From positions 88,908 to 152,907 of the IMG/VR virus record IMGVR_UViG_3300045988_139474: DNA of 64,000 bases. The stretch is one strand, 5' to 3'. Position numbers and translations under genes: made by a program. Position 1 is the first letter of the stretch. The number at the start of each line of letters is the position of its first letter. The notes beneath the pieces were generated by a model, which was given only the letters and a program-made list of their open reading frames with translations, had not been told where the DNA came from and made no database searches. Positions 62,011 through 64,000 of this stretch are shown piece after piece. This DNA is from a virus.

Positions 62011-62032
62011 CAGGGTCAGATTAGGCCGTCTG

Positions 62033-62404
62033 CTACTCTTGAATTCCGCATTGACCTGCGTATTTGCTGGAGGCTTTGAGTCGCATTATGATTTCACCGC
62101 TTGAATAGTGAGTGCGTGTGACTTGGTCGTCGCATAGCTTAGCAATGACTTGCGGGGATTTCAGCTCATTCTCGTAGCGTTTAACGCAGGCTACAATGGC
62201 TTCATCACGCGCTTTGGCTGCTTGTAACCAGCCACGCCTATGCTGGCACATATATGTCGGATTGTCTCTTGCGCGGTCTTGGTAAGTGACGAATAACGCA
62301 AGGCCTACTACAGCCGCAGCTGCTACTGCAACCAGCCCTATGAACCAGGTTAAGCTAGTGGAAGCCCCATCTTCGCTGTAAGGCTCAAAGTATTTCTTAG
62401 ACAT
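62033..62404 (-). CDS. hypothetical membrane protein ending QCGIQE
   Basis: 123 aa with one TM segment (WFIGLVAVAAAAVVGLALFV). Confidence 0.55.
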   Translation of the reverse strand: MSKKYFEPYSEDGASTSLTWFIGLVAVAAAAVVGLALFVTYQDRARDNPTYMCQHRRGWLQAAKARDEAIVACVKRYENELKSPQVIAKLCDDQVTRTHYSSGEIIMRLKASSKYAGQCGIQE

Positions 62405-62424
62405 CGCAATCTCTTTCGGCTCGT

Positions 62425-62520
62425 CTAGCGTGTGAAAGCGTCATAAGCTGCAATGGCTGCTACTGTAACACAACCTACAGCGGTGACGATTCCTACAAGT
62501 GTAAATAACAGTGTAAACAT
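62425..62520 (-). CDS. possible 31-aa hydrophobic peptide
   Basis: Minus-strand ATG at 62520 with RBS AAAGGA 8 nt upstream. Translation MFTLLFTLVGIVTAVGCVTVAAIAAYDAFTR. Below the ORF-track cutoff. Confidence 0.35.
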   Translation of the reverse strand: MFTLLFTLVGIVTAVGCVTVAAIAAYDAFTR

Positions 62521-62543
62521 TTCAATTGTCCTTTCTAAAGTGG

Positions 62544-62756
62544 TTATTTCTGAACACCGCATTGACTAGTGTCATGGGAGTGGGAAAGCTCAAGTTGCTG
62601 TTCGATTTTGTACCTTGAACAGGTTATTTCATGTTTGTATTCTAGGTATCTGATAGTCAGTAACATTGTAATTCCAAATAGTATCAGTATTACAGCACTG
62701 ATGAACCTCAACTCATTGATGTACTTAGCTTTTTCAGCTTCGCTCAATTCAATCAT
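62544..62756 (-). CDS. hypothetical membrane protein ending QCGVQK
   Basis: ATG at 62756 is preferred. The ORF-track start at 62789 is TTG and overlaps the upstream gene. One TM segment (FISAVILILFGITMLLTI). Confidence 0.5.
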   Translation of the reverse strand: MIELSEAEKAKYINELRFISAVILILFGITMLLTIRYLEYKHEITCSRYKIEQQLELSHSHDTSQCGVQK

Positions 62757-62757
62757 T

Positions 62758-63015
62758 TCATTCGCCAACTTTGACGTAAGTACAACCAATAGAGCTTACA
62801 GAATAGTGCTTGCCTTCCTCGTAAGGTCGTTCAAATTTGAAGATACCCTGTTTCTCTGTCAGACGGTAAACAACGCCATAGTCAGTATCACTGCACACAA
62901 GATGATATTTGTAGTTCAATCGGGTTTCTTGATAGCGGTGTTCGCCCCAGAGGAACAAGACTGCTAGGCCTACCAGAGTAGCCAGTATGACGAATAAGTC
63001 CATATATGCTCTCAT
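62758..63015 (-). CDS. hypothetical membrane protein
   Basis: 85 aa with strong RBS AGGAGG. N-terminal TM segment (LFVILATLVGLAVLFLW). Confidence 0.6.
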   Translation of the reverse strand: MRAYMDLFVILATLVGLAVLFLWGEHRYQETRLNYKYHLVCSDTDYGVVYRLTEKQGIFKFERPYEEGKHYSVSSIGCTYVKVGE

Positions 63016-63024
63016 GTTGTCCTC

Positions 63025-63216
63025 CTACAGACTTTCATTTTGCAGCTTAGACAGAGCAGCGTCAAATTCGTTCATTGCTTCGTATGATTGGGTGCTGAAG
63101 TTGTTACCAATCCAGTTGATTTTCGGAATGAACTTCTTGTCGAGATTTCGGCTCGCTTTTGCTAAAGCAACCAGTTTCTCATACAATTCTTTGTCGACAG
63201 TCACTTGCGGTTTCAT
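63025..63216 (-). CDS. hypothetical small protein
   Basis: 63 aa with RBS GAGAGGA. Confidence 0.5.
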   Translation of the reverse strand: MKPQVTVDKELYEKLVALAKASRNLDKKFIPKINWIGNNFSTQSYEAMNEFDAALSKLQNESL

Positions 63217-63228
63217 GATGTATTCCTC

Positions 63229-63537
63229 TCAGGATTCAATCGGGGTCAGACTTTGACGGACTGCAAAGGTGTTGTTTCTTACCAGCCAGCTGATATTTTC
63301 AACCAGCCATTCAGACAGACGATAAGTCAGCATTTGTCTTCGCAGGATTTCAAGCAGTACCAAGTCATCGTGATGAACTTCTACAACCTTTGCTTGTCGC
63401 CCATTAGGCAGGGACATAAACAGGTCTGTAGTGTCTCTCGATAACCAGTCCAAGAAGTCGATTTCATCTTGGTCTGGTGTCTCAAAATACGCCTGCTTAG
63501 CGTCATCTAGCAGGGCTTTGAATTGTAGCAAAATCAT
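63229..63537 (-). CDS. hypothetical protein
   Basis: 102 aa. Overlaps the upstream gene by 4 nt. Confidence 0.5.
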   Translation of the reverse strand: MILLQFKALLDDAKQAYFETPDQDEIDFLDWLSRDTTDLFMSLPNGRQAKVVEVHHDDLVLLEILRRQMLTYRLSEWLVENISWLVRNNTFAVRQSLTPIES

Positions 63538-63746
63538 TTTACATCTTTCTCTTCTAAGTCGAAGTCAGACAGTTCAGGTTTGTTAGGGCAAGCAAATTTT
63601 ACAGGGCTATCTGCTCGGCGTTGTACGCATTCTTGGTGTTGAGCTAATTGCTGTTTGTAGTCTTGAACATCAGAGGCTTTCAGAGCAGCTGTACCGACGA
63701 TTGCGAAAACGACTGCACCAACAGCGATAAAAAGAATAGATTTCAT
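63534..63746 (-). CDS. hypothetical secreted/membrane protein
   Basis: 70 aa with an N-terminal hydrophobic segment (ILFIAVGAVVFAIVGTAAL). Confidence 0.5.
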   Translation of the reverse strand: MKSILFIAVGAVVFAIVGTAALKASDVQDYKQQLAQHQECVQRRADSPVKFACPNKPELSDFDLEEKDVK

Positions 63747-64000
63747 TTTTGACTCCAGAATGTATTAGTTGTTGTATAGGGTATTATCTTGAGCACCAAT
63801 CTTAATTTTTAATCTAAAATCGGCCTCCGTTATAATTGAATATCGCAGAGGCCAACTATAATTTTTATTGGTCGTTCCAGCCTTGCATCAGCCATTCAAC
63901 GACTAAAGTGAGTTTGGCGTCCATTATCGCCCATAAGTGGTCAAGCATGATTGTCTTTCAGATATTGACGCTTGGCTGCTAGCAGATTCCTGAAGATACG

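Larger units (their letters stand above)
59890..62032. repeat. 2.1-kb coding-free region: tandem array of four repeat modules (copies 8-11) plus spacer
   Basis: The largest ORFs are 65 and 68 aa and lie across the conserved repeat. The four head-to-tail modules are about 420-510 bp each. Confidence 0.9.

Noticed and set aside
63865-64000. Possible additional minus-strand genes at the right edge (27-codon ORF at 63865-63948 and an open frame to the window end).
   Set aside because: They are too short or truncated to support from sequence alone.

Overview
This 64-kb window looks like part of a large contractile-tailed dsDNA phage (myovirus-type gene set). No integrase or repressor is recognisable in the window. 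The host is very probably a Neisseriaceae species that uses the AG-DUS dialect: there are seven exact GCCGTCTGAA 10-mers, six of them in the 12-mer AGGCCGTCTGAA. Layout: (a) 1-5173, leftward replication/recombination genes (RusA-like resolvase, DnaB-like helicase, SF2 DEAH helicase, a 614-aa protein of unknown function). (b) 6827-59807, one rightward morphogenesis and lysis block of about 53 kb. It holds TerL, a putative portal, a T4 gp21-like protease fused to a scaffold-like domain, the major capsid protein, a 1130-aa beta-helix protein in the head module, sheath, tube, a tape measure with two muralytic domains, a P2/T4-like baseplate, fibre proteins of 1290 aa and 3487 aa, muramidase endolysin, holin and spanin candidates, and a Lar-like protein. 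(c) 62033-64000, leftward small membrane and early-type genes. The main feature not explained by genes is a family of 11 copies of a ~155-bp non-coding element (R-element; anchor TATCACATCTATGA ... TTTTTAGCCAAAATC ... ATGTWCGGAATCC). Nine copies sit inside larger 0.4-0.5-kb repeat modules, which also carry a CA-loop hairpin with compensatory stem changes and arrays of TCATG boxes. About 5.4 kb (roughly 8 percent) of the window has no credible coding capacity, including a 2-kb tandem array of four modules that faces no protein gene. The elements sit at operon boundaries and are mosaic between copies. One copy is inverted inside the baseplate operon. I cannot assign the family to any RNA or repeat class I know. 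All protein calls rest on motifs read by eye and on synteny; none was checked against a database.
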